64,000 nucleotides of DNA from contig JAJACS010000003.1 of assembly GCA_022601395.1 (NCBI GenBank), positions 43,702 to 107,701 of the forward strand, in the 5' to 3' direction. The notes beneath the pieces were generated by a model that was given only the letters and a program-made list of their open reading frames with translations, was not told the DNA's origin and made no database searches. This DNA comes from Chlamydiia bacterium. GTDB taxonomy: Bacteria; Chlamydiota; Chlamydiia; Chlamydiales; GCA-2402025. Below, one piece after another: positions 1 to 10,216 of this stretch. Position 1 is the stretch's first letter, and every line of letters begins with the position of its first letter. The translations under genes and the position numbers were made by a program.

Positions 1-102
1 ACGTGCGGCTTATTTCTTTGAAACGATTCCTTTGCCATCGATTAGCTCCCGTAATTTATTTGAACCAACATTTTTCAAAATGTTATTTTAACTTTTCCAA
101 CT

Positions 103-174
103 TGCCCAGAATAGGAATTGAACCTACGACCGCTTGCTTACCATGCAAGTGCTCTACCACTGAGCTATCTGGGC
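103..174 (-). tRNA. tRNA-Thr (anticodon GGU)
   Basis: The reverse complement gives a 72-nt cloverleaf: acceptor GCCCAGA/UCUGGGC+A, D arm AGCUCAGUGGUAGAGC, anticodon stem CUUGC/GCAAG around loop AUGGUAA, T arm GUAGG-UUCAAUU-CCUAU. CCA is not encoded. It lies just downstream of infA on the same strand. Confidence 0.9.
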
Positions 175-280
175 ATTTTCAATTTAGACCCATCATATTA
201 AAAGTCGAATGCTTAGAGCTTATTCCTCATGAAAAAAAAATGCAACATCTACTTTTCCATGAGAGAAAAAAGATTGCTTC

Positions 281-502
281 TTAGCGCTGTCTATAAACGA
301 TTCGAGCCTTTGATAGGTCGTAAGGTGACATTTCAACTGTCACATTATCCCCTACTAGAACACGGATGTTTTTCATTCTCATCTTCCCACATAGGTGAGC
401 GAGAACTTTCATGCCGTTTTCTAGGGCTACCCTAAACGTCATATTTGGAAGAAGTTCTTCCACAGTGCCTTCAAGCTTTAAAGTATCTTCTTTCTTCGTC
501 AT
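281..502 (-). CDS. infA: translation initiation factor IF-1
   Basis: 73-aa ORF with the near-universal IF-1 pattern (LEGTV..LPN..FRV.LENG..VLAH..GKMR...IR.L.GD.V.VE.SPYDL.KARI.YR). Confidence 0.95.
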   Translation of the reverse strand: MTKKEDTLKLEGTVEELLPNMTFRVALENGMKVLAHLCGKMRMKNIRVLVGDNVTVEMSPYDLSKARIVYRQR

Positions 503-690
503 ATTATCGCATTAACTTTCAATTGGGATTAAATGAAATAGTCTATATAGTTTAAAGTCAATGGATTTTATAGAACAGAAGATTTATATTCAATTGCTCT
601 TTTACGAATATTGAATTTTTTTTTACCTTAAGTCTTTTTTATGAAGTTTTTGGAAGAAATAGTGAACATTTAACCAAGGATGAATTTTAT

Positions 691-1119
691 ATGACACTCT
701 CAGATAATATTGACAGTCTCAAAAAAGACTTCCTTCCTATTCAAAGCGACTCCATTGCTATTTATAAAAAGATTCTTGAAATTGGCAATCAATATAAAGG
801 ACCTGACATTACACAGTTTCAGCATTCAGACACTGTAAAGGGCTGTCAAAGCCTTATGTACATGAAGTCTAGGCATGCTGAAGGAAAGATATATTTTGAT
901 ATTTTCTCTGACGCCCTTATCTCTAAAGGTGTCGCTGCAATACTTGTAAGCGCTTATAGTGGTGAGACACCAGAAACCATCCTAAAGAACAAACCTAGTT
1001 TTTTAAAGGATTTAGGCATAACAGAGAGTCTTTCTCCATCACGCAGCAACGGCGCTCTAGCACTTTTTACGAAAATGCAGCAGTCAGCCATTTATCACTT
1101 AACTAAAGTTAAATTATAA
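691..1119 (+). CDS. sufE: SufE/CsdE-family sulfur-acceptor protein
   Basis: 142 aa. The GCQSLMYM string matches the SufE active-site Cys loop (GCxSxVW). Size and C-terminal SRSNG-like segment fit the family. Confidence 0.7.
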   Translation: MTLSDNIDSLKKDFLPIQSDSIAIYKKILEIGNQYKGPDITQFQHSDTVKGCQSLMYMKSRHAEGKIYFDIFSDALISKGVAAILVSAYSGETPETILKNKPSFLKDLGITESLSPSRSNGALALFTKMQQSAIYHLTKVKL

Positions 1120-1196
1120 ATTAACAATCGTTTCTGTTTAACAATTAACAACTAAGTGATACTATACCTATCTTTAATCATTAAAGAATTAGTATT

Positions 1197-2351
1197 ATGT
1201 CTAGTATTGCAAGTGATATTCTCTGGAAAAGATCACCCTCACAGGTTCTGCAGGAACTACCTGCACAAGAATTTTCACTACACCCACAACTTTTTAGGAG
1301 TGCAGCGAAGGATCTAAGGTCTGAATCAATCTCCCTTGGCTTTACCAGAATACCTCTTGCAAACTTCTATTCTACTGTAAGGGTAACAGCTCAAATAGCC
1401 ACAGCAGCTATCTCTATAGCAGCATGTATCTACGTTGGCTTATATGCACCAACCTACTTAATAGCATCTATTTTAGGGTCTGCAGTGGTAGGCTACAAAC
1501 TGAACCCTTTGTTTTTCGACCCTCTAAGTTACTCTGAACAGAAATCTATCCTTAGGGTAAGTAATTTAAATAAGATTCTTGCTAAAGAGAATTCACTAAA
1601 AAAATTAACACAAAGTGAATTTAGAACTCGTTTCTTTAAACCTCTTGGTATTTCATCAACTTTAAGGATTAGCGCTCAGACCACTTTAGCTAAAGATCAG
1701 ACGATCTGCTTTCTTATCCCCCTCTTAGCAAGATTTGAGTTTTGGAAAGAACAGATTGAAGAAACTGAAAAAGCCATTAGTATTATTGATGAAAAGTATA
1801 GAAAAAATACTTATCGTCTAGTTGAAAGTGACAAGATTGTTTTAGACCAAGAAATGAATGAGAATCTAAAGAACACTCAAACTAGAGAAAAAAAGAAGTT
1901 AATCCGACTTAAGGATTTATACGAGACTCGAGCAACCGAAGAACTTCGTGGGAAAATTAATAACTCAAAAGAGTTAATCTCTGATCTTCTATATCAAATC
2001 AAACTCTCTCCTAAGGAGAGCGCTCAACTGGAGAGGGAAAACTTACTTGCCTACTACAGAATGGAGCATATTGAAGAAGACGATCTAATTATAGCAAAAA
2101 CAAACGGAAAGCTTCTTTCAGCTGCAAGGGCTGCATTCCTTTTATATATTCTAAGAAATCCAAACTCTAAAAAGACAATCTCTGACTGCGGAAATTTCAT
2201 TATAAAATCTCAAGCACATAGGGATGCTATTCCATTGCAATCATCTCAGGCATATTTCAGACGGAAGGATACAGGTGACTATGTTTCTAAAAAGTTCTTC
2301 CTGGAAAACATCGGAAATATTGAAGAAATAACGAAAAAAGCTTTTGAATAA
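1197..2351 (+). CDS. hypothetical membrane protein, Inc-like (bilobed hydrophobic segment plus coiled-coil-rich C-terminus)
   Basis: 384-aa ORF. About 60 aa from the N-terminus there are two adjacent hydrophobic lobes (VTAQIATAAISIAACIYVGLY / APTYLIASILGSAVVGY), followed by a long charged, heptad-like region. No recognisable enzyme motif. Confidence 0.5.
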   Translation: MSSIASDILWKRSPSQVLQELPAQEFSLHPQLFRSAAKDLRSESISLGFTRIPLANFYSTVRVTAQIATAAISIAACIYVGLYAPTYLIASILGSAVVGYKLNPLFFDPLSYSEQKSILRVSNLNKILAKENSLKKLTQSEFRTRFFKPLGISSTLRISAQTTLAKDQTICFLIPLLARFEFWKEQIEETEKAISIIDEKYRKNTYRLVESDKIVLDQEMNENLKNTQTREKKKLIRLKDLYETRATEELRGKINNSKELISDLLYQIKLSPKESAQLERENLLAYYRMEHIEEDDLIIAKTNGKLLSAARAAFLLYILRNPNSKKTISDCGNFIIKSQAHRDAIPLQSSQAYFRRKDTGDYVSKKFFLENIGNIEEITKKAFE

Positions 2352-2355
2352 CCAC

Positions 2356-3582
2356 TTACGTTGTATGCGGGAAAACAAGCTTCACAATCTGAATCACAAA
2401 GATAAGAACTGCAATTGTTCCAATAGTACTTAAAAGCTTCTTACCCCCAAACAATCGGAGAGGTCCTTCGTGATGTTTATAGTACCTACCTACCCAAATC
2501 ATGCTCACTGGAATAAATGCACTTAAAACGCTATCCCCGAAGCCCCCTGAGAACTCAAGACCAAGAAGAAATGCTTTTGGGTAGAGTATTGCAAAGACAA
2601 GCGATGGTATAACAGCAAGAAGGCCCATATACAAATTATTCGATTTCTTATTCTTAAGGGAAAACAGATCCATTAAAAAGTCTTTAAGTCCTAGCGCGAT
2701 TCCAAGATAAGAAGTTACTAAGGCAAAAAATGCAAAAAACTGTGCTGAAACAGAGATCCAAGGACTTTTTACAAATGCTCTTAGAGATTCAGTCGCTGGC
2801 TGGCCCTTTTTAAAAGCCTGTAGAAGACCCATTTCACCTTCTAATGGTACGCTTCCAAGGACGATCCACTGCCAGATAAGATAAACAATAAATGGGATCG
2901 TAGTACCTACAATAATTGCAGTCTTCAGCGCTCTTGGGTCTCTTTTCAAGTAAGGAGTAATACTCGGTACCATAATTTGATAGGAGAATGTAGCAAGCAG
3001 AAGAGGAAAAGAATAATAAGAAAAGCTCCATTCTCTATGTGTTAAGTACTCTGGATGAATTTTCCCAGTTCCTGTGATAGTGAGCACAAGGTATGCAACT
3101 ATCATCCCCACCATAAGAAGGGTGTTTATGATACCTATAGTTCTTGTGCCAAAGTAAATCATTGTGCCGAAAACAAGAGCAAATAAAATACAAGACTCTA
3201 CACGCATCAAGTCCCTTGTAAAAAGATCATTGAAGGCATTATCTATCAGACTAGCCCCAGCTGTGTTGTAGGCTATTAATGACGCATACCCCATGAACAG
3301 ATAGAAAACTATCGTGATCCACTTTCCTGGCTTACCAAGTAGTTTAGAAGCCATTGTCATTAAGTGAGCACCTTCTTCCATCCATAGATTCGCTTCAATA
3401 ATTAGAAGTCCAGTTATGGTCATAAAAGCCCAACTGATGAGCATGATTAAAACAGATGGAATAAATCCAGAAGGTCCTGTTTCAACAGGCAGAGCTAACA
3501 TCCCTCCACCAACACATGTTCCAGCTATCAGAAAGGCTCCTGAGATGATACGGGCAACTGAAACAGTTTTTGTAACGGTCAT
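2356..3582 (-). CDS. tyrP: aromatic amino acid permease (HAAAP / Mtr-TnaB-TyrP family)
   Basis: 408-aa polytopic membrane protein. N-terminal GTCVGGGMLALP motif and overall pattern are typical of Tyr/Trp-specific transport proteins. Confidence 0.75.
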   Translation of the reverse strand: MTVTKTVSVARIISGAFLIAGTCVGGGMLALPVETGPSGFIPSVLIMLISWAFMTITGLLIIEANLWMEEGAHLMTMASKLLGKPGKWITIVFYLFMGYASLIAYNTAGASLIDNAFNDLFTRDLMRVESCILFALVFGTMIYFGTRTIGIINTLLMVGMIVAYLVLTITGTGKIHPEYLTHREWSFSYYSFPLLLATFSYQIMVPSITPYLKRDPRALKTAIIVGTTIPFIVYLIWQWIVLGSVPLEGEMGLLQAFKKGQPATESLRAFVKSPWISVSAQFFAFFALVTSYLGIALGLKDFLMDLFSLKNKKSNNLYMGLLAVIPSLVFAILYPKAFLLGLEFSGGFGDSVLSAFIPVSMIWVGRYYKHHEGPLRLFGGKKLLSTIGTIAVLIFVIQIVKLVFPHTT

Positions 3583-3638
3583 ATTTTACAAGTCCATTAT
3601 TCATTAGTGGGTTACAGAGTAAATGAAATGAGGATAAC

Positions 3639-4826
3639 TTACAATAAACACCTGATTGTGTCTTGGGCACCTGTTGTATTTTCTAGGGTGCCATCATTAT
3701 GAACAAGCACATCGTACTCTACTCGAACTCCAAAATCTCCAGGGAAGTAGATTCCCGGTTCAATTGTAAAAACAGTACAGGAGATCAAAGGTCTATCGTC
3801 TAAAGTTTCAAAACTGTCTAAATGCGCTCCAGGCCCATGAACAGTTTGATATACGTTATGCCCTGTCCTATGTATGAATTGATCGCCATAGCCTTTATCT
3901 ATAATAAAATCTCTGCAGATTTCATCTGCTTCAAAACCTTTCACTATTTCCTTTAGCTCGTAGCGCCTTTTGATAAAGTTAAAAGTTTCTTCCTGAGCCT
4001 CTCTGGCAATAGCATATACTTCTTTTTGCTTTGCAGTAGGTTCCTTTGCAGCAATTGCCATTCTTGTAATGTCTGCATATATACTCTTTGGGCTATCTTT
4101 TTTTGAGCATATATCCAGAAGAATAAGATCCTGCTCCTTCAAGTTGTTTGCAGTTTCATGATCCTTGGGACTATAGTGAGGATCTGCTGTATGGTCTGCA
4201 AATGCAACTGTTGGGGCAAAATCATATGTGAATCCATTTTTCTTCATTTGCTCAAGCATCCACTGCTGCACTTCAAATTCATTCACTACACTTCCTGAAG
4301 TAAAGCCTTCTTTAATATAGCTAAAAGTATCGTCTGCCAGCTTATCAACAAATGCAGCAGCTTCTTTATGCATATTTATCTGATCTTCATCCATTGTGCA
4401 TGTAAATTGCTGTAGGAACGGACCAGAGCTAGTAACAGTCGGCCCAATACTTTCGATAAACTCTTTTGTACCAGCATCAATTTTGGAAATATAGGGCAGA
4501 TGATTTTCCTCTGAGTATTCCATTGCGACACATTTGCAGTGATTTAGCATTTCTTCAAGATGCTTTCTTAAATCCTTGTGCTTTTGATACGTCTTGATCT
4601 CCCCTGGCAAGTGACTTAGAACGTGCGGCTCTATGCTGTGCACAAGTTGCATGGGTGTACCCTTTTTGGGAATCCAGTAAAAAAAACGTCTTGTAATATG
4701 AGTTCCCTTAGGAATTTCTAAAAAGTCTAATGCAAGCGAATTAAGATCATGAAAATTATACAGCAGCCAGCCATCTATTTCGTGTTCTTCTAAGTATTCT
4801 TTAGCTTGTTCTATCCTGTTATCCAT
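3639..4826 (-). CDS. M24-family metallopeptidase (Xaa-Pro aminopeptidase/prolidase-like)
   Basis: 395 aa. The C-terminal pita-bread motifs DITR, HRTGHNV..VHG, FTIEPGIY and VRVEY match M24B peptidases. Confidence 0.75.
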   Translation of the reverse strand: MDNRIEQAKEYLEEHEIDGWLLYNFHDLNSLALDFLEIPKGTHITRRFFYWIPKKGTPMQLVHSIEPHVLSHLPGEIKTYQKHKDLRKHLEEMLNHCKCVAMEYSEENHLPYISKIDAGTKEFIESIGPTVTSSGPFLQQFTCTMDEDQINMHKEAAAFVDKLADDTFSYIKEGFTSGSVVNEFEVQQWMLEQMKKNGFTYDFAPTVAFADHTADPHYSPKDHETANNLKEQDLILLDICSKKDSPKSIYADITRMAIAAKEPTAKQKEVYAIAREAQEETFNFIKRRYELKEIVKGFEADEICRDFIIDKGYGDQFIHRTGHNVYQTVHGPGAHLDSFETLDDRPLISCTVFTIEPGIYFPGDFGVRVEYDVLVHNDGTLENTTGAQDTIRCLL

Positions 4827-4833
4827 CTATATC

Positions 4834-6618
4834 CTAGTGGTATATGCATCTAATGATTGCAGATGCCGCTATAATGCGCATCATGTTAAAAGGATCGTCC
4901 AGTAACTCAACTAAAAACGGTATTGCCTCTTTCGACCCCAGATGCCCTAAGGCATCTAAAATATGCATTTTAAAGTCCCGATCCATTTTTGGATAGGCAT
5001 TTTGCAAAGTGGCAAGAGCTCTTTTATCTGTACCAAACAATGCAAGAACAAGAGCTGCCTGCACTCTAGTTTTTTCATCTTTGTCATCTAGAAGTTCTCT
5101 TATGATTTCAATAGACTCATCTGTTCCTTCTTCTAGCAATACAGTAGATGCTGCAAAAGTCATGCCAAAGCTTTCCGATTTTAGATAAGCTTTTACTAAG
5201 GAAGAAACCTCTGGAAATCGAAACATTGCGAGCTTGTTAAGCAAGTGAAGACGCATTTGCTGATCTACCATCACTGGATACTGAATCACTTCTGGAGTGT
5301 GCCTTACGAAACTTGGGGAGATCACCTTGTAGTAAGGATTATTACTTGGATCCATCATTATTTTTTGTTTATGCGTATGCAGAAACTCTGCAATATATTT
5401 ACAGCACTCCATTTTATCTTGAGTGTGTCCAAGAAGACCATAAGCCAAATTAACTTTTACAAAAGGGTCTGAAGTACTTTTTAAAAGCACATTTCCAAGA
5501 ACAATCCCCTCTTCTCCAGATTGACTTATTACACTTGCTGCAAACCTTCTGTAATCTGGGTTTTTATGAAACACCCAATCTGTTAATTCTGATTTTGCTC
5601 TACTTGGATCGTAGTACATAAGCACGCCACATGCTGTCATTGCAACATATGGATTAGGATCCTCTAGTAGATGCAGTAGTTTTTCTTGAGTGAGTTCTTT
5701 CGCGTCTTTGATTCCTGTCACAATGAGTGTATTTAATGCTACGATTCTGACATCGGCATTAGGATCATCAAGTAGCTTTGCTATATGTTCATTATGCCCA
5801 TTAAGATTAAGAAAACTTACTACCTCGCATGCAAGGTATCTAAGTCCGGCTCTTTTGCTTTCATAAAGATGAACGAGTTCATTTTCATCCAGTGTCTCAT
5901 GAAGGTTTAAAAGCGCTTCTGCTGCGATATATCTCTCTTCAATTGTACTTCTATCACTTGAAACAATATCTTTTAGTAATGGGCCAATCTCTTTTATCTG
6001 AAACCTGGAAAGAGCTTTGATAACTTCAAGGCGTACGTACCATACATTTTCTTTCTTAAGCATCGATTTGATTGTGTCGATGAGAATCTTATCTCCAAAC
6101 TGTGTTGAGAGCCGTACCGCTATCATTCGGAGATATGCGTTCGTTGAATTTAGATTATTCATCAAGATGCTGACAGCTCTTGCATCTTGAGTGAGAGATG
6201 CACCGATCATGGAGGAGATATTCACAACTTGTTGATTTGAGTGCTCTGCTTTTTCTAAAACAGACCATGATATAATTTCTAAAAGAGCTAAGTCTTCTTT
6301 AAATTTTTCATCATCTTTCGCAATTTTCTTCCAATCTCTAAAAGCATCTAAATCTCTTCCTGATTCAGAAAGCACTCTAACTTTAAGAGCTTTTAGATCG
6401 GCAGAGTCAGGAAACTCAACAATTGAAGTTGAAATTTCATCTAAGGCACTATTGTAATCCTTAAGAAGAAGATGATCTTTGACTCTTTTTTGTTTATTTG
6501 CAGCAGTAGATTGCTCACTTGAGACTAGAAGACTCCCTGCAAAAAGGAAGACTGCAATAAGGGATATATACATGAAATTACCCAAACACTTGAAAAATGT
6601 AATTATGGCAAGTTTCAT
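4834..6618 (-). CDS. HEAT/PBS-lyase-like repeat protein with N-terminal signal/anchor
   Basis: 594-aa ORF with an N-terminal hydrophobic helix and repeated ~30-aa helical units of the form D.n..VR..A..aL. Gap to the downstream gene is 7 nt. Confidence 0.55.
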   Translation of the reverse strand: MKLAIITFFKCLGNFMYISLIAVFLFAGSLLVSSEQSTAANKQKRVKDHLLLKDYNSALDEISTSIVEFPDSADLKALKVRVLSESGRDLDAFRDWKKIAKDDEKFKEDLALLEIISWSVLEKAEHSNQQVVNISSMIGASLTQDARAVSILMNNLNSTNAYLRMIAVRLSTQFGDKILIDTIKSMLKKENVWYVRLEVIKALSRFQIKEIGPLLKDIVSSDRSTIEERYIAAEALLNLHETLDENELVHLYESKRAGLRYLACEVVSFLNLNGHNEHIAKLLDDPNADVRIVALNTLIVTGIKDAKELTQEKLLHLLEDPNPYVAMTACGVLMYYDPSRAKSELTDWVFHKNPDYRRFAASVISQSGEEGIVLGNVLLKSTSDPFVKVNLAYGLLGHTQDKMECCKYIAEFLHTHKQKIMMDPSNNPYYKVISPSFVRHTPEVIQYPVMVDQQMRLHLLNKLAMFRFPEVSSLVKAYLKSESFGMTFAASTVLLEEGTDESIEIIRELLDDKDEKTRVQAALVLALFGTDKRALATLQNAYPKMDRDFKMHILDALGHLGSKEAIPFLVELLDDPFNMMRIIAASAIIRCIYH

Positions 6619-6631
6619 AATTAAAAAAAAG

Positions 6632-6964
6632 CTAGCCTAAAGCACCTAGGTCACGACCAGCTAAAAAGTGGAAATGAAGATGAAACACTGTCTGTCCTGC
6701 ACCTTTTCCATTATTTGTCAGCAGCCTGTAGTCTTCTACATTGAACATCTCTGCCATTTTTTGGGCTGCGAGAACGATTTCTTTAAAAACGCTTGCATCC
6801 TCAGCTTTTAAAGCATTGATATTTTTGATCTCTTTCTTTGGAATGATTAAAAGATGGATAGGAGCTTGTGGGTTAATATCTTTAATCACGAGAATATTTT
6901 CATTTTCAAAAACGACTTCCGCAGGAAGCTCTTTATCTATGATTTTCTTAAAAATCGTTGTCAT
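6632..6964 (-). CDS. HIT-family nucleotide hydrolase (HinT-like)
   Basis: 110 aa. Histidine-triad motif HLHFHFL near the C-terminus. N-terminal IFKKII..ELPA is typical of HinT. Confidence 0.85.
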   Translation of the reverse strand: MTTIFKKIIDKELPAEVVFENENILVIKDINPQAPIHLLIIPKKEIKNINALKAEDASVFKEIVLAAQKMAEMFNVEDYRLLTNNGKGAGQTVFHLHFHFLAGRDLGALG

Positions 6965-6969
6965 ATCAC

Positions 6970-7845
6970 CTACTTTTTTACCGCAAGCTTGAATGCATTA
7001 AGAGCATCTTCTTTTGTTTTCCAAATCGATATAAATCTTCCTTTATGGCAAAAAACTGCCCCTGGAATATCTGTTACTTTCTTCAAGTCGTCTTCCAAAA
7101 GTCCTGCCCATTTTTTTGGCAAAGGGTGTCTTACTTTCATTTTCTGATCAAATGAGGGAGGGATTCCACGTAACTTCCAAAATTCACCTGAAGGCATGAT
7201 CACAAACAAAGCAGGATGACTCTCTCCGTCTAGCTCGAAAAAATTCTCCATCCAAGGCATTGCCTCATCAAAAAGCAGATAGTCCTGCCCTTTTTTCATG
7301 CTATCATTCACAGCTTCTTTGCATGACTTAATATAGAAAAATCTTTCTTGAAGTCTTTTGATATGACCGTATGCAAAATCTAGAGCGCTTGAAAAAGCTT
7401 TGAATAGACCCGAACTATCCATTCCATAATCACACGGAACATAGTTCGTTATAACTCCTGAGAAAGAACAGTGCCCAAGCCTTTGAGTGATAAGACCGTT
7501 GTCAATTGCATCGATCCCTATGACAAGAGAGCGATTGATATGACCATAGAGAACTTCATCCATATAGCCTTCTTTCAATAGATACTTTAAGATCATCCCT
7601 GCAGAGCTCATTGTCCCTTTGTATTCGATCTGATGGTGATCAAATCGTTTAATGTCTGGGTCATAGATCCCACCAACATCACAAACAAACTCGAATTTCT
7701 CTAATTCTTCCTGATTTCTTGTTCGGGTAATCTTATCTCTATCTATCAAATCGTATAAGAGTAGTAAGGAACATGCGGTAACTTCATCTGCATGAAAGGG
7801 ACCATCATGTGTACCAAAACTCCTTGGTATTATACTAGGTTTCAT
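6970..7845 (-). CDS. MYG1/UPF0160-family metal-dependent hydrolase
   Basis: 291 aa. The N-terminal GTHDGPFHADEV matches the MYG1 signature THxGxFHxDE. Confidence 0.8.
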   Translation of the reverse strand: MKPSIIPRSFGTHDGPFHADEVTACSLLLLYDLIDRDKITRTRNQEELEKFEFVCDVGGIYDPDIKRFDHHQIEYKGTMSSAGMILKYLLKEGYMDEVLYGHINRSLVIGIDAIDNGLITQRLGHCSFSGVITNYVPCDYGMDSSGLFKAFSSALDFAYGHIKRLQERFFYIKSCKEAVNDSMKKGQDYLLFDEAMPWMENFFELDGESHPALFVIMPSGEFWKLRGIPPSFDQKMKVRHPLPKKWAGLLEDDLKKVTDIPGAVFCHKGRFISIWKTKEDALNAFKLAVKK

Positions 7846-7961
7846 AAAATGTTCTTTTTTAAGTAATTCTAGATGATTTTAAACGCTCAGAAAATAATGC
7901 TCAAGGTCGATTTAGTAAAATAGATCGAAGGCTCTATAGAAAACATGCTTGTATTTGTGAT

Positions 7962-9248
7962 CTAGAATCCATACGAGAATCTGATACTGAAGTAATCGGT
8001 TGTCAGCTTAAAGAACTGACCTTCGGAATACCCATGGTGATATTGAGCAAAAATACGAACTTTTCTTCCAACACCCTGTAGTTTACTCCACTCGTAACCA
8101 AGCTGATAGGTCCCATCAAACTGCCAGTGGTGCTCTTGCCAATTTTTCCAACATACCGCAAAAAATGGAGTTCCATAAATTCTGTGGTAGTAGTCATTAC
8201 GGCCAAACATCCTGAATTCAGCACCATATTCTATATAGAAAGGCTTTAAGTGATAGGTACGATCACTATGAAATACCCAGCCTGGACCAAAATATACTCT
8301 GATTCCTTTCTTCGCTTGATAGGAAGAAATGAAGTCTATTGCTTCCATACTTGGGTTTTTTCGAGGAAAGCCTGGGTTGTTTGTCATGAATTCATCTCCT
8401 AGGTGAGATGAAACATGATAGATTCTTAATCTAAAAGACCATTTATTAACCGCATAGGAAAGTGGAATACCGACTAGATAATCCGTAGTAACAAGCTCTG
8501 AGAACTCATTATTGGGATTGTTGTTTCCACCCATTTTGAAAACTGACCACACCCCGCCTTGGATATCAATCTGAAGATCTCCTTTCCAAACAAAGACGTT
8601 TCTCCATCTAAAGATAGGGAACGAATCACCAAAGGAGACACCTATTACGTGTTTACCAATTACTTGGTCATCAAATCGATAACCTGCTGAATAGACAGGT
8701 TCTCTTAAGTCCGCGATTAGTGGTTGAAACAGTACGGTTGATTGAGGGAACCATATACCATTCACTTGCCTGCGAACCAAATGCTGTTCTTTTTTCTCTA
8801 CTTGCTTGTCTGTGATATGATTTCCAATCGTAACGGATTCAACTTCAGGCAGATTTTCCACAAAGCTTGTGATACTGCTTTTTATCATATCATTCTTAGG
8901 GAGGTTATATAAGGTGACGTTTCTATCTTTAACAAGCACTTGCACCTGGAATTCATAGTAGTGAACATCCACCAATGCTTGTATATAACCTTCTAAATAA
9001 GAATCTGTTGAATCTTCAAAGTGATCATTATCTATACTAGACAGTAGGTAATCTTTCTTTTTCACCTTCTTTACAATAAAAGCAGCTTCATCAAGAATTT
9101 GATCAAGTGCTTTGTCATGCATATCCTCATCAGCTATAAAATTATCAAAGCATTCTGCTTCGATCAGACATTCTCTATCGCTTGCACAAAGTGATGCCGA
9201 GAAAATTATAGAAAAAGTAATCATACAGAGTATTCGGCATGATTTCAT
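7962..9248 (-). CDS. secreted BON-domain / DUF1207-like protein
   Basis: The track ORF extends to 9320, but Met25 (MKSCRILCMITFSIIFSASLCA) begins a signal peptide, so the start is placed at 9248. There is a BON-like segment (LEGYIQALVD...VTLYNLP). The C-terminal aromatic-rich region with HVSSHLGDEF resembles DUF1207. Confidence 0.5.
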   Translation of the reverse strand: MKSCRILCMITFSIIFSASLCASDRECLIEAECFDNFIADEDMHDKALDQILDEAAFIVKKVKKKDYLLSSIDNDHFEDSTDSYLEGYIQALVDVHYYEFQVQVLVKDRNVTLYNLPKNDMIKSSITSFVENLPEVESVTIGNHITDKQVEKKEQHLVRRQVNGIWFPQSTVLFQPLIADLREPVYSAGYRFDDQVIGKHVIGVSFGDSFPIFRWRNVFVWKGDLQIDIQGGVWSVFKMGGNNNPNNEFSELVTTDYLVGIPLSYAVNKWSFRLRIYHVSSHLGDEFMTNNPGFPRKNPSMEAIDFISSYQAKKGIRVYFGPGWVFHSDRTYHLKPFYIEYGAEFRMFGRNDYYHRIYGTPFFAVCWKNWQEHHWQFDGTYQLGYEWSKLQGVGRKVRIFAQYHHGYSEGQFFKLTTDYFSIRFSYGF

Positions 9249-9500
9249 ATTTACTTTCCTTAGTAGGTGAAAACATACGGGTACAGAGCCCCTTAAACAT
9301 TTATATACCTCTATGACCAATTATCTGCAAAATAATATGGATAAATTAAATGAATGAATTACTAATAAATTTATAACTAACTAGTTAAAGTTAATTAGAC
9401 TTATTGTTTTAGATCTGGAAATTTAGATGGCTAAGGATTTTAGAAACTGTGCTGTATTCTAATGTAGACATACAAACCATTGACGATCAGTAAAAATCTC

Positions 9501-9529
9501 TTGATTTAGGAATAGTACATCGCTATGAT
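9501..9529 (+). promoter_or_regulatory. candidate sigma70/66-type promoter for the tRNA(CAU) gene
   Basis: TTGATT (9501-9506), a 17-nt spacer, then TATGAT (9524-9529). It ends 17 nt upstream of the mature tRNA 5' end. Confidence 0.4.
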
Positions 9530-9546
9530 TGCAGACCTCAAACAGG

Positions 9547-9620
9547 GGGGCAGTAGCTCAGTTGGTTAGAGCAACGGACTCATAACCCGTTGGTCGCTGG
9601 TTCAAGTCCAGCTTGCCCCA
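9547..9620 (+). tRNA. tRNA with CAU anticodon (elongator Met or lysidine-type Ile2; not initiator)
   Basis: 74-nt cloverleaf: acceptor GGGGCAG/UUGCCCC+A, D arm AGCUCAGUUGGUUAGAGC, anticodon loop CUCAUAA, T arm GCUGG-UUCAAGU-CCAGC. A paired G1-C72 argues against initiator identity. Met and Ile2 cannot be separated by eye. Confidence 0.9.
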
Positions 9621-9663
9621 CTTTTCATTAAGATCTCATACGAAAAATTTACGACAGCAGACC

Positions 9664-10113
9664 TTGCTAAAATGGATAAATAAAGTGGAAGAAATCTCCT
9701 ATAGTATAGAACACTACAATACGATTCCTAAAGAGTATGAAGACATTCTCTACCATAAGATCAGTGACAACGCATTCCATGTAAAGGGTCTTTCACCTAT
9801 CCACCCATTTAGCATTTTTATTAAGGATAACAAGAATGATCTCTTTGGAGGGGTTTCAGGAGCCATACTCTACGGCTCTCTATACATCGACTCTCTCTGG
9901 GTAGATAAAACTTTACGCCTTCAAGGGTGGGGAACCAAACTTATGCATGAGGCTGAAAGAACTGGGAAGGAGCGAGGAGCTTCATTTGTTACTCTTAATA
10001 CCATGGATTGGGAAGCTCTTTCTTTCTATGAAAAGCAAGGGTATTCGATTGAATTTACGAGAGAAGGCTATGTAAAAGACTCAAAAATGTTTATGCTCAG
10101 GAAAACCTTATAA
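9664..10113 (+). CDS. GNAT-family N-acetyltransferase
   Basis: Acetyl-CoA motif A-like LRLQGWGTKLMHEAE and the usual C-terminal beta strands. The track start at 9613 overlaps the tRNA, so a TTG at 9664 (or a GTG at 9685) is more likely. The start is uncertain. Confidence 0.65.
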   Translation: MLKWINKVEEISYSIEHYNTIPKEYEDILYHKISDNAFHVKGLSPIHPFSIFIKDNKNDLFGGVSGAILYGSLYIDSLWVDKTLRLQGWGTKLMHEAERTGKERGASFVTLNTMDWEALSFYEKQGYSIEFTREGYVKDSKMFMLRKTL

Positions 10114-10216
10114 AAGATAATTATGAACGTCGCAGAATGTAAAATCTACTTCTGCCTCTTTTTCTTAATACTATCTCGTTTCAGCAGACTTTGATCAGTT
10201 ATCCATTAAAAGTAAT

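Noticed and set aside
3-284. 93-aa ORF at the start of the window, and the overlapping 229-435 ORF
   Set aside because: The first is read straight through the antisense of a well-folded tRNA-Thr gene, and the second through the antisense of infA. Neither has an RBS, and both translations are low-complexity.
9613-9663. Track start codon (TTG at 9613) of the GNAT gene
   Set aside because: It overlaps the 3' end of the tRNA(CAU) gene. Downstream in-frame TTG/GTG codons are more plausible.
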